Shown here: in pieces, positions 1 to 12,323 of the stretch
Numbering within the stretch: the first letter of the stretch is position 1
How the letters are laid out: each line of letters opens with the position of its first letter
DNA from: Malacoraja senta
Lineage: Eukaryota
DNA length: 64,000 nt
Assembly (NCBI GenBank): GCA_038087875.1
Contig: CM075996.1
Coordinates: 7,690,001-7,754,000 of the forward strand
Direction: 5' to 3'
Program-made: the position numbers and the translations under genes
Notes under the pieces: model-generated
What the model was told of the DNA's origin: nothing
Seen by the model: the letters and a program-made list of their open reading frames with translations, nothing else
The model's database searches: none

Positions 1-1643
1 TTCAGGAAATTAATATTTAATTTTCCTGTACTAGAGGCTCAAAGTCCACTTCTTTGTTTAACTTAAATGGAGGAAACAGCAATGATGTCACTCCTATACT
101 AAGCTCAGAGTTACCTGAAGAAATATGGACAGCGAATCAGAGACACATGACTCATTCAGATCCAAGTACATTAATCATTGCCTATTTGAACATTGTAATT
201 GCAGTTTTCATTTAGAAGTTACACTCAAGAGTAAAATGTTAATGATTCAGAAATTTCCCATTACTCGTCACCAAAATAAATACAAACTACAACAAACCTT
301 GAGTTTATACTGCCACAGACTGACAACCAGAATCACTTATGAGGGTATCTCAAGTGAACACAGAAGTCCAGAATGGAGACATTCGCACCCACTGTTATTG
401 TGCCCTTTCTCCAACGGCAACACCTCACTGAACCCATTATTTAAACATTAATTTTCCACAGTTGGAGTACAGGTAAGGTCATACATCTATAGTAACAAGA
501 TGTGGAGGAAGTGATTAAAGGCGCACACACAGTTGAGTAGTGAGGTGAGAAAATATTTATTCGTCTAAAGAGCAAAGTTCTTCAGAATTTTCTACTGAAC
601 AGGGATGTGGAGGTTCAGTCACAGAGTATGTTTGGGGAAATAGATCGATGGACATTAAAGGAATAAAGGATTATAAAAATACAGGATAGTGGTGCTACAG
701 TAAAAGATGACCTTATTAAATGGCAGAATAGGCTCAGAGGAGCTGAAAAGCTTTTTTCCTGCTTCTATTTCCTGTTGTCCTTATCACTTGACTATCAGGA
801 GTAAACACATGCAGGCAAGCAAGATGAACATATGGCTGAAATAATTTGAGGTTCCATTTCATGTACCACGGCAAGACAGTATTACATTAAAGAGGCAGAC
901 TGTTCGACTAGAACAGGACTGTTCGACTAGAAATGAAGTCTAAACAAGGACATCAGCAATCACAAGAAATTATCTAGCAAATGGGAGGAGGGGGTGAGGA
1001 TAAGAGGGTGCTGGTAATAGTACTAAAATATTCAAAAGTACGAATTTGAGAGATAAATAAATATGCTCATGCTTTGGTCATTGTAAATGAAAGAAAATCA
1101 AAAGATATTAAACAATTGAATTAGGAGAGGAAATAAGAAATATTTGAATGAAAATATTTGAATAAAGTCAAAGATATGGGTTAAGATACAAGGCCAAAAT
1201 ATGCATTATTCATACAAATATCTGAAAACACCCGAGACATAAAAAGCAAGAAAAAAACGCATGGCCATTTCTGAGACATCTGCAACGGTCAGATGTTAGA
1301 TCGTAATGTAATAGATTACAAGGTCCGTGGGACAGATTGGGCAAATGATACCGGGGGGGGGGGGGGGGGGGCTAGCATTGATTAAGGATGAAAAGGAGAT
1401 GATATGTAGGCAATACAATAGTAGATATAGGCAGAAGTTTCCAACAAAGGAACAAATTTCAGACTATTGCAAGTCATGCAAGAGCCTCTTGTTCACAGCT
1501 GTAAAAATGGCACGGCTGAACAAATGGAGAAAAATGATTTAAGATATTAGCTTTCATACTAAATGGTACTTTATTGTCACATGTACAGAGGTACAGTGAA
1601 ATTCATTTTTGTACACAGTTCAGTACAAGTATCACTACACACT

Positions 1644-1950
1644 GGGCGGTCACGGTGGCGCAGAGGTAGAGTTGCTGCCATAGAGCGAATGCAGCGCCAG
1701 AGACCCGGGTTCGATCCCGACGACGGGTTCTGTCTAAATGGAGTTTGTTTGTTCTCCCCTTGACACGCGTGGGTTTTCTCCGAGATCTTCGGTTTCCTCC
1801 CACACTCCAAAGACGTACAGGTTTGTAGGTTAATTGGCTTGGTAAATTGTCCCTAGTGGGTGTTGGATGGTGTTAATGTGCGGGGATCGCTGGTCGTCGT
1901 GGACCCGGTGGGCAGAGGGGCCTGTTCCCGTGCAGTATCTCTAAACTAAA
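1644..1950 (+). mobile_element. tRNA-derived SINE (V-SINE/HE1-like), full length
   Basis: A-box tggcgcagaggtag, B-box ggttcgatcc, core ggtttcctcccacactccaaagacgt, (ctaaa)n tail. Confidence 0.85.
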
Positions 1951-2600
1951 CATTGGCACGTAGATACCTCTTAGATAAGCATCACAGATACAGTACAAGT
2001 GTATAACATTGCGCATAACAGAAAATAAACAATTCTCTTAGTTGTATTCACAACAGCATTAAAGAAATACCCAAGCTAGAGTCAACGTTAGCCCATAATC
2101 CTTCTATTGGCTTTCCAATCCAAGTACCTTTCAGGAAGCCCTTTAAACATTGTAATTGTATCTGCCTTCACCACCACCACCACTAACAGCTCACTCCAGT
2201 AATTCACCACCCTCTGAAAAATGTACCCTTCTGAGATCTCCTTTAAACTTTGCTCTCTCACCTTAAACCTGTGTCCTCTAGCTCTGGCCTCCTCGGCTTT
2301 GGAGAAAAAGATTCTGATTCTCTACCCTATTGACGTCAGTCATAATTTTGCCAACCTCTCGAAGTTTCCCATCAGCTCAAAGATCATGAGAACAAACCCA
2401 ATTGACCCAATCTCCCCATATAGCTACAGTCGTCCATTCCTGACTATATATTGCTGAATCTCTTATGCATTCTTCATTGCTAGTAGATCCTTTCTGTAAT
2501 GTGTCAGCCAGAACTGCATGCAATATTCCAAGTGCAGTCTAACCAACATTTTATACAACTGCAGCATGAGAAAGGTGTAGGAGAATATAGGGAAAGCATT

Positions 2601-2913
2601 GGGTGGTACAAGGTGCAGCTGGGAGAGCTGCCGCCTCACAGCATCAGAGATCTGGATTGAATCCCGACTGATGCTGCCTGTATGGAATATCAACGTTCTC
2701 ACCCGAGACCACGTGGGCATCCTCTGGGTGTTCTGGTTTCCTCCCAAATCCCAGGGCTGCGGTTTTGTAGGTTAATTGACTTCTGTAAATTCTCCTCAGT
2801 GCATCGGGAGTGGATGAGAAAGAGATAACATTGAAGTAATGTGGAGAGGCAATTGATGGTTGGCACATATTTGTGCGAGTCGAAAGATCTGTTTCGCTGT
2901 ATCTCTAAACTAA
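2601..2913 (+). mobile_element. V-SINE/HE1-like SINE, diverged, inserted at an old minus-strand CR1 fragment (~2060-2575)
   Basis: Same core and ctctaaacta tail as the copy at 1644-1950. Confidence 0.75.
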
Positions 2914-3020
2914 CTACTTCCTAATTAATTAAAGCTGACCAATCAACAAAACAGAACACTAACATCCCAAAATAAAGAAATGCCACAAGGTTTTCAGCTG
3001 TTACCTGTAAACACTTCAGA

Positions 3021-3548
3021 AGGCAAGGCAGAGGTTCACCTGCACCTCCTCTAACCTCATCTATTGCATCTGCTGTCAACTGCTCTACACCGGTGAGACC
3101 AAGCACAGGCTTGGCGATCGCTTCGCCCAACACCTCCACACAGTTCGCATTAACCAACCTGATCTCCTGGTGGCTCAGCACTTCAACTCCCCCCCCCCCC
3201 CCCCCACCATTCCGTATCTGACCTTTCTGTCCTGGGCCTCCTCCATGGCCAGAGTGAGTCCCACCACAAATTGGAGGATCAGCACCTCATATTTTGCTCA
3301 GGTAGTTTACACCCCAGCAGTATGAACATTGACTTCTCCAATTTGAGGTAGTCCTTGCTTTCTCCCTCCTTCCCCTCCCCTTCCCAGCTCTCCCACAGCC
3401 CAATGTCTCCGCCTCTTCCTTTCTTCTTCCCGCCCCCCCACCTCCACATCAGTCTGAAGAAGGGTCTCGACCCGAAACGTTGCCTATTCCTTCGCTTCAT
3501 AGATGCTCCCTCACCCGCTGAGTTTCTCCCAGTATTTTTGTCTACCTC
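3021..3548 (+). mobile_element. Penelope-like retroelement 3' fragment (GIY-YIG remnant, 3' region and hammerhead-like motif at 3454-3481)
   Basis: Degenerate LYxGETK..LGDRFAQH coding followed by ctgaagaagggtctcgacccgaaacgtt. Confidence 0.85.
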
Positions 3549-4699
3549 CTACTTCAGAACATAAGATCATTGTAAACAGTTCATAAAGGATGAGGCAAAA
3601 TGGGTGAAATAATTCAATGTGTAATGAATTGTCTAAACAGTGGTGAAGGAGTTTGACAGCAACTTTTTGATGGGGAATTTGATTTGTCTTTGAAGGGGAA
3701 AGCTACAGGATATGGTGGAAAGACCAGAAGGAGTGCTTGTTCTATCATTGAGCCGACTCCTTATGCAATCATTACTCAACATATTTTCTGCTTAAAGATC
3801 TGTTCAATTAGTTTGCACATTGAAGGAAGAGCAGCTTTTGTTTAAACTTCATGCGAACATCGAGACAACCTACCAGCTACTAAATTTCAGTCATGCTTGT
3901 GCTATTAGTAAAACAGGTTATGAAAACCAGGGGCACATTTTGAGGCAGTCACGGTTTTCAATGAATTAACAGATTATAGTGCAAAAAAGAAAGAACAATC
4001 CAGTTTATTGCCAAGTGTAATTATGTGTGCCTGGGTATTAAATAAGAATGAAAAGAATTAAAGACACACAAGAATACACAAAACAAAAACAGAAGCAGGA
4101 ATAGGCAATTAGAAACAAGGAACTGCAGATGGTGGTTTATAAAAAGACAAAGTGCGATAGAAGGGTCCCAACCCAAAACGTCACCTGTTCATATTATCCA
4201 GAGACGTAAGTTACTCAAGCATTTTATGTCTGCTATTTAATATTATCATCTTTGAATTATTCCATGCATTAACCCTTCTGTGCCAGTACCACACAGCCCT
4301 CAATTGCCTAGTATTTCAAAGATTTATCTATCACCTCCAGTAATCTAGTCAACAAACCCTCCAAGAATTATGAATTACAGATTCACAAACCTCTGCAAGA
4401 AATTCATATGCATGTCAGCTTTAGGTAACTGCCCCCTTGTTATTATGCTTCGTCATTCAAGACTCTCCCACTTGTGGAAACATCTTAATATCTATAACCC
4501 CAGTGATAGAGAAGTGTCAAGTTACATCGAAATATAGATAGTCCAGAATTCATCCCGATATTCCAGTGCCCTCGGATCTTGTGGTTCAATAAGATTTTTT
4601 AATTATGTATTGTTTTATAAATTATAGTACATTATCATTTTTTGAAATTTCAATGAATACAGATCAAAAACTTTTACGATGTATACAAAATATCGGGTA

Positions 4700-5190
4700 T
4701 TGTGTATACTGCGGGACTGTGGGCCTGGGATGTGGGAGCTGCGGGACTGTGGAGCGGCGGTGCTGAACTTTAACATCGGGAGCCTGGGATCTCTCGGCAA
4801 GATCACCAGCGGTGGAGCTCCGTCCAGCGCGGCCTGTTGGCTTCGGAAGCCGTGGTCTCCAGTAAGGAAGCGGCCGTTCCAGGTGTCCCAAGGCGCTGAG
4901 AGGGTTCTCCCGATGCCGGAGCACCATCACCCGGCGAGAGGGCCTGGAACATCAGGCCGCTGTAGCGCCGACTGCAGAGGCCTCAATAGACCCGACTATG
5001 GGTGGACAAGGGGATGGGGACTGGACTTTGTGCCTTCCCTCACAGTGGGAACCATTGTGGGGGGATGTTTTTATGTTTATTATTAAATTCTTTAATGTTG
5101 AGTCTTAACTTTATTTGTGTGCTGCACGGCAAGTCAAAATTCACTACAGCAATTGGTGTATGTGATAATAAATGTCCTTTGTGTCCTTTG
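4700..5190 (+). repeat. GC-rich interspersed repeat, probably a retroposon 3' part; related sequence at ~56805-57128
   Basis: Shared ccggcgagagggcctg.aacatc.ggccgc and ggact...gccttccctc.cagtgg blocks; short tandem tail tgtcctttg. Confidence 0.55.
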
Positions 5191-5812
5191 TATCCAATGC
5201 TCTCAGGAAGCAGCCTGGTAAATCTTTGCTGGACTGCAGACAATACACTTGACCATTAAATTCTGGACTATCATGTATTTCAATGAAACTTCATTTGTCT
5301 TTGACTGATGGTAAATCAGATAATGTGTAATGTTAATAAATTTGACTAAGTAAATCATCCCGTTATAAAAAGCCTCTATCTATTTGGATTAGAATATCAA
5401 TCTGGTATGAATTTTCCCTCTTATTTAAACAGTCCTGTGATTGTTGTTGAAACCAACACTAAACACAGGCAAAGATCTCTTTATTGGTTATTCAATGCTC
5501 ACAATTAAGCTGGGATGTACAAATCCAAGCACACTCAAACTGTTAATGTGCGGGGATCGCTGGTCAGTGCAGAACCAGTGGGCCGAAGGGCCTGTTTCCG
5601 CACTTTATCTCTAAACTAAAAATCTATAATTAACTAATACCTCTAGTAATCTATGGAGCTCCATAGATGCTGCCTCACCTGCTGAGTATCTCCAGCATTT
5701 TCGTCTACCTTCGATTTTCCAGCATCTGCAGTTCCTTCTTAAACCTACAGTAATCTGTAGCTCAGTAACCTTACCAGAGCAACTTTTATGATCTCAGCTT
5801 GTGTTTCTGACT

Positions 5813-6327
5813 AAAGGGACTGCCCCACCAGCATGCGATTGCATGCGTCTAGCGCGACCAAACGTGGTGGCTTGAGGCGTACGGCCTCGCGGGGCCGGTC
5901 CCACTTCCAACGCGGAGACGTCTGGAGTTGTGCGGGGCTGGTCCCAACATCATATTCACCAATCAGCTGGGCAGGAGGCGGGCCGACTGAATTTGGATGT
6001 CGCATGGCGTCGGGCGGTGACGTCATCACGCAACGGCACGCCGGGCGGTGACGCCATCTCGCAACGCCACACGCTAGGCGTTACGCCGTCAAGACGCTGC
6101 GTACGACGTCAAGACGCTGCCGTACTATGTCGAGATGCTGCGTACGTCCTCAATGCGGCTGCGGGCCGACAGGCCGTTGGCGCGCGGGATTTTTGGACAG
6201 TCAGTTTTTCGGAGCCCCGCGCGATGTCGGGACCAGCCCCGCACAACTCCATACGGCTCCAGCGATCGAAGTGGGACTGGCCCAGCGAGGCCGTACAGCA
6301 GTCGCATGCTGGTGGGACAGGCCCTTT
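5813..6327. mobile_element. CpG-rich MITE with long imperfect inverted arms (PIF/Harbinger-like termini; superfamily uncertain)
   Basis: taaagggactgccccaccagcatgcga ... tcgcatgctggtgggacaggcccttta; further inverted match between 5878-5951 and 6224-6297. Confidence 0.8.
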
Positions 6328-6555
6328 ACTCAAACTTTTGGTTCACTGCGCCCTCCAACTTCCTTTTCCCACAAATGTTCCACTAAACTTGAAAACAATT
6401 CTCTGGCTCTGAGGAATTTAATCAGGGGGGAATTTCTATGCTCCAGCATTTTACGTTCTCCGGCACTGGTTTCGACTCAAGGATTCTGCACTAGAAACTT
6501 TCAACCTGTAGCAGCTTTGCCCAGTTTTAGCTTTTAATAGTTACAAATTCAGAAG

Positions 6556-7060
6556 TACGGTTTGCCAACTTTCTCACTCCCAAATAAGGGACAAAAGATC
6601 AAAATAAGGGACAAATTTCCAATGGCAATTTGTTGACTGACTTGGCCATGGCTGGGTGAATGATAGACAATAGGTGCAGGAGTAGGCCATTAGGCCGTTC
6701 GAGTCAGCACCGAATTGGCCCGGGTGTTGGACTGCATACAAAGCCCAGTCAGCGGGCCAACTGAGGAGTTTGGCCATGAGAAGGAGGGGTGCTTGTGTCA
6801 GTGGTAAGCGAAGGTCCGAACGTCGGACAGCTGGCCGGGCTGCCGACCAGCGGGGCCACGGGTGAGGCGCTGCTTCTGCACTCCATGGGCTGCGCTACAT
6901 CGGGATGGGTGAGGCGGGGCTGGAAGCGGCGCTCCGACCCAGTCCCCTCAACCCGAGTAGTAGCCGTCAAATACGGGACAAGGGTGGTCCCGTTTGGGAC
7001 AAACCAATTTAGCCCAATATACGGGATGTCCCGGCTAATACTGGACGGTTGGTAACCCTA
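6556..7060. mobile_element. hAT-like non-autonomous element (TAGGGTTGCCA-type termini)
   Basis: tacggtttgccaac ... gttggtaacccta termini with subterminal gggac/gtccc repeats; TSD poorly preserved. Confidence 0.65.
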
Positions 7061-7673
7061 GCCAAAAGTCTTAAATATAATCAGCTAAATAAAAGTAGCT
7101 GTGTGTTCAAACAACTTGAATCAATTGTGAAATACATGCACCAAAATAAGCATGGCACAGGATTTTAAATGTTTATGAAAAATGACTAGTGGTAAAGGGA
7201 GACCCACCTAATTTAGTCCAGTCTTGTTCATCTAAGTTACTTAAACGAAAATTCAAACTATTTAATGTAAACTAAACAACGTTAATACAATTGCAAGAAA
7301 ACACATTGTTGGAATTGTCCGCGTATAAAAATGTACAAATAATTAGTATTTTTGCCAAAGAGGGTTAGTCATTTTAAGATTATACTTTAACTTAAATTCC
7401 AAAATGTTTTCCACTGTGATGCATCAGAAGTTGAAGATTGAAACAAACAATCTGGACTGCAAGATTTGGTGAAAAAAATTCCATTTGAAAGTTCTAATTA
7501 ACATCCACGATTAAACACCAATGTCCAATGGTCCTTTTGCCTACAAATACACCCTTGAACAATGTTTCTCCTAGTTTCTTCCGTCATTAAATGACAGGTG
7601 GTTAGTTTGCCGTACTATTAATGTTATTAATTTTATTGACACACAAAGGTGCAGAAGAAAATCAGACTGTATG

Positions 7674-8712
7674 TAGCAATGTTACAAAATTTTGAGATTT
7701 AAAAAATAAAGTCTGCAATTTATCCCATCAGATAAAGCATAAAAAGAAGTTTAATTTGACACCTAATTCACTTTCATATCTTCAGTATTAAAGAAGTTAT
7801 GGCCATTTTCATACTCGGGAATTAGCATCTTGTTCCCTATTGCTTTTCCATTGACTTAACACAAAAGTTGTGATCGAGGACAGTCAAAAGCCATAACTTT
7901 CTTAAAAATTAAGATAACTGAAATACATTTTCAGTTATTATAGATTGAAGCATTCTGAAACAAATATGAAACAATCTTACTTAGAAGACATGAAAGTAAA
8001 GCAAATAATTAGTTAGTTACCTAATTGTAGCTAATTACAAAATTCAATTACTGGATCTAAACATCTATCAATTTCTTAAGAATAGATGAACATTTTTAAA
8101 TAGCCTAAGTGTCCAAATAACATTCACACAATAATTCACAATATAACATAATTTTTAAATCTCATTTTCATGAATTTACAGGCCAAATGGAAGGAATTGA
8201 ATGTTTAATACCTGTAAATTAATGGGGATTTCATTCATCTTGCGAGTGAGGATTTCTGGAACGCGATCTTTTGGTACGTTAATTTGCAGTGAATTTAACC
8301 CCGTATGGGCATGGAAAATACTGCCGTTAATTCGGGGAATAAAATCACCGTGTCGTATGAAAAAATGTGAATTAAAGGCTTCTTAAGAAGCACTTTTATA
8401 CATTTAAAGAAACCACTTTCGTTTACCTGTCCCGTGTGTGAAATCCGTCCCCGTTATCGGCGTTGACGCTTCAGAAGCTGCTTTTAAAATTACTGTAGCG
8501 CTGACATTGATGATTTAATAAAAATAAAAAATACACAAATCGCCACTAGGAACGATTCTTCAGCCAGCGCTGTACTCCAACAAAATATTAACCAGGACTA
8601 GGGAGGAGAAACCCGCGTTTTAACCCCGCCCCCTCTTAAAGGCGCCAAAATCGCGCACACGGCCAGTGGCAGAATTACAGTGCGACTGAAGGTAAGTTTT
8701 GTAACATACCTA
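7674..8712. mobile_element. Non-autonomous DNA transposon with 16-bp TIRs and a 7-bp TSD
   Basis: TIRs tagcaatgttacaaaa / ttttgtaacataccta (14/16 match); direct repeat ctgtatg at 7667-7673 and 8713-8719. Confidence 0.75.
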
Positions 8713-10744
8713 CTGTATGGTCCATGGTCCTGCATTATATATTTGAAAATAAAATACCAACTTTGTACATTTCTCTTCCCAGATTTGTCCAGGGCTACTC
8801 AGACTGAAATTAAATAAAATGTAAAACACAATGTGCTGGAGGAACTCAACGGGTCGGGCAGCAACCATGGGGGGGGGAATGGACAGACGATGTTTCAGGT
8901 TGGGACCACCTGAAATGTCATCTGTCCATTCCTACCATAGATGCTGCCTGATCCGCTGAGTTTCTCCAGCAGCTTGTTGTTTGCTTAAGAATCCAGCAAC
9001 TAGTTTCTTGCGTCTCCATTAAATATGATGGTCTGATGTGAGAACAACAACATTTCCAAAAATAAGATTTTTCTTTATAACTTTCTACAATGAAGCCTGA
9101 TTTTTAATTATAACCAAAACAGGGGGGGGGGGGGGGGAAGCATCCCGCCTTCAACTAGAGAGTAAACCATTAAAAAGCAGTTCCATTAAAAAATTGTTTG
9201 CAAAGAAAATAAATTATAAGAGGAAACCAACATGTAGTGCACAACAAAATAATGGCAACTGTATTGACAAAATAATGACAACGGCCAAATCTCATCTCAT
9301 TGGAAAGGTAGATTCACTGAATCCGAGGAAGCAGGGAACTGGGCTTGGGGACAACTGGTCAGCCACGACCTTATTGAAAAGTGGAATAAGCTCAATGAGC
9401 CAAAATTCCTCTACCCTGATATTAATAAAGATTGTCTATCTTCACTACAGTAATGACCTCTATGCCGTTATGACCAGAAGACCACCAATCATTTCCTTGT
9501 AGGGAAAACAAAGTTACCACAGATTTATTCCTCACTGTTGGAAATATATTAGAATATGGAGGCTGTGATTGGGGTGAGAGTGAAGCTGGTGGGAACAACA
9601 AAAAGATAGGTTGGAGAATATTTCCCCATTTTCAAACATCTTCAGTTGAAAAGTATGTAAAATGTTTACCATGTGCCATCTTTATTCCCATCTCAAATCA
9701 CTTGCTTGAACAACAAGCCGGATCTCATATTTTTAGCCATGCATAACAGGGCAGACCACATCACAGGAATAGCCTAATGAATCTCTTCTGGACTATTTCC
9801 AAAAGAGCCTTACATCCTTTTTTAAATGAGGACCAAAACTATAGAGAATAAACCAGACTCCACCTCATTACTTCCCTGTACAATTGTAACAATATTAATT
9901 TTGTTTTAACTGCCAATCTCCAAGCAAAGTAAGAGTTAAATATCCTGTTGTGCCTACATAACTTGTATTTCATGCACAAGAACACTTAATTTACTCTGCA
10001 TTCCACTCATTTCTAATCTTTCTTCATTTAAGTAATGTCTTCCTTTGCTTCTGTCCTTCCACCGAACATGCAACACCCCAGACCTTCCTACATTAAGCTC
10101 CAGAAGCCAAGTTTTGCCCACTCATCCTATCAATATTTTGTCAGTCAAAATCCCCAATTGCAGCATCCCTCCATTACATCCTTCTTGCAAGTGTTGAACT
10201 CCCATCGCCACCATATTAATACACTCAAGTAAAAAAGTGATTTTATTGCCTATTTAACACTGAACCCAGTAATCAGTGCACATATATTGAATGCAATTGA
10301 AAAGAAAACCATTATATCTTCATGCTATCATCTGCAGGCTTAGTTGCCTCATCCAGGGGAAGAGGAGCACAAAAACAAACACGACACTCAATTCAAAACT
10401 AAGATCTATTTTTGTTGGGTTTTTATTTTAGTAATGAATCTGGTAACTGTCCTTTAGACTTGTCACAGGCTGTACAGGAACCATGTACCAAGAGCCGAGA
10501 GCTTTGTCAAAAGATCATTTGCGTTTTTGGTATAATCTTTCACTTGACAGTTTTGCAACACATTTCATAATTTCCCTTTCACTAATCTATTCATGCCATT
10601 CCTTCCTTATATATCAACTTGGAACTTACAAAACAAAGTATTCTTGCATCAAACCAACAATGTTTTGCAATAACATTTGTCAAACTGCTAATTCCTCATT
10701 TATTGGCTGAACAGCAATTGGTTAAAAACAAATATCTCAATATG

Positions 10745-12323
10745 CAGTGCCCTCCATATTGTGCACATTGTCAGATTTTAATAAAGGCCATTTTTATACA
10801 TTTTGGTTTCACCATGTCGAAATTACAGCAGTGTTTATACATAGTCCCCCCATTTCAGGGCACCATAATGTTTGGGACACAGCAATGTCATGTAAATGAA
10901 AGTAGTCATGTTTAGTATTTTGTTGCATATCCTTTGCATGCAATGACTGCTTGAAGTCTGTGATTCATGTACATCACCAGTTGCTGGGTGTCTTCTCTGG
11001 TGGCTGCCAGGCCTGTGTATTGCAGCCATCTTTAGTTTATGCTTATTTTGGGGGCTAGTCCCCTTCAGTTTTCTCTTCAGCATATAAAAGGCATGCTCAA
11101 TTGGGTTCAGATCGGGTGATTGACTTGGCCACTCAAGAACTGACCTTTTTTTAAGCTTTGAAAAACTCTTTTGTTGCTTTAACAGTATGTTTGGGATCAT
11201 TGTCTTGCTGTAGAATGGATCACCGGTCAATGAGTTTTGATGCATTTGTTTGAACTTGAGCAGATAGGATGTGTCTATACACTTCAGAATTCATTATGCT
11301 ACTACCATCAGCAGTTGTATCATCAATGAAGACAAGTGAACCAGTACCTTCAGCAGCCATACATGCCCAGGCCATAATACCCCCACCACCATTTCACAGA
11401 TGAAGTGGTATGCTTTGGATCTTGGGCAGTTCCTTTTTTCCTCCATACTTTGCTCTTGTCATCACTCTGATATAAGTTCATCTTCATCTCATCTGTCCAC
11501 AAGACCTTTTTCCAGAACTGTGGTTGCACTTTTAAGTACTTCTTGGCAAACTGTAACTTGGCCATCCTATTTTTGCGGCTAACCAGTGGTTTGCATCTTG
11601 CAGTGTAGCCTCTGTATTTCTGTTCATGAAGTCTTCTGCGTACAGTGGTCATTGACAAATCCACACCTGACTCCTGAAGCGTGTTTCTGATCTGTCGGAC
11701 AGGTGTTTGGGGATTTTTCTTTATTACAGAGAGAATTCTTCTGTCATCAGCTGTGGAGGTCTTCCTTGGCCTGCCAGTCCCTTGGCAATTAGTAAGCTCA
11801 CCAGTGCTCTCTTTCTTCTTAATGATGTTACAAACACTTGATTTTGGTACGTCTAAGGGTTGGCTGATGTCCCTAACAGTTTTATTCTTGTTTCTCAGTC
11901 TCATAATGGCTTCTTTGACTTTCATTGGCACAACCTTGGTCCTCATGTTGATAAACAGCAGTAAAAGTTTCCAAAGGTGATGGAAAGACTGGAGGAAAGA
12001 CTAGGTGCTGAGAGCTCTCTTATACCTGCATTAAGGAGGCAATTAAACACACCTGAGCAATTACAGACGTCTGTGAAGCCATGTGTCCCAAACATTATGG
12101 TGCCCTGAAATTGGGGGGGGGGGGGGAGGGGGGAGACTATGTATAAACACTGCTGTAATTTCTACATGGTGAAACCAAAATGTATAAATATGGCCTTTAA
12201 TAAAATCTGACAATGTGCACATTAACCGCATGTGATTTTTTGTATTTCAAATCATAAATTGTGGAGTTCAGAGGCAAATAAATAAATGATGGGTCTTTGT
12301 CCCAAACATTATGGAGGGCACTG
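10745..12323 (-). mobile_element. Tc1-family (DD34E, IR/DR type) DNA transposon, near full length, inactive
   Basis: Termini CAGTGCCCTCCATA...TATGGAGGGCACTG followed by TA (left flank is TG). Long inverted repeats with an internal direct repeat tgtcccaaacattatgg. Transposase remnants on the minus strand. Confidence 0.95.
10913..11946 (-). pseudogene. Disrupted Tc1 transposase
   Basis: HTH N-terminus, GRPRKT motif, WTDE, QQDNDPKH and WPSQSPDLNPIE (34 residues between the second D and E after frame repair). Frameshift near 11392, in-frame TGA near 11220 and a further frameshift near 11152. Confidence 0.92.

Noticed and set aside
897..932. Short tandem duplications (gactgttcgactagaa x2; similar at ~26104-26140, ~50500-50545, ~51845-51890)
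   Set aside because: Ordinary local slippage duplications with no further structure.
1644..1725. tRNA-like sequence with A and B boxes
   Set aside because: It is a SINE head continuing into the SINE core and tail, not a tRNA gene.
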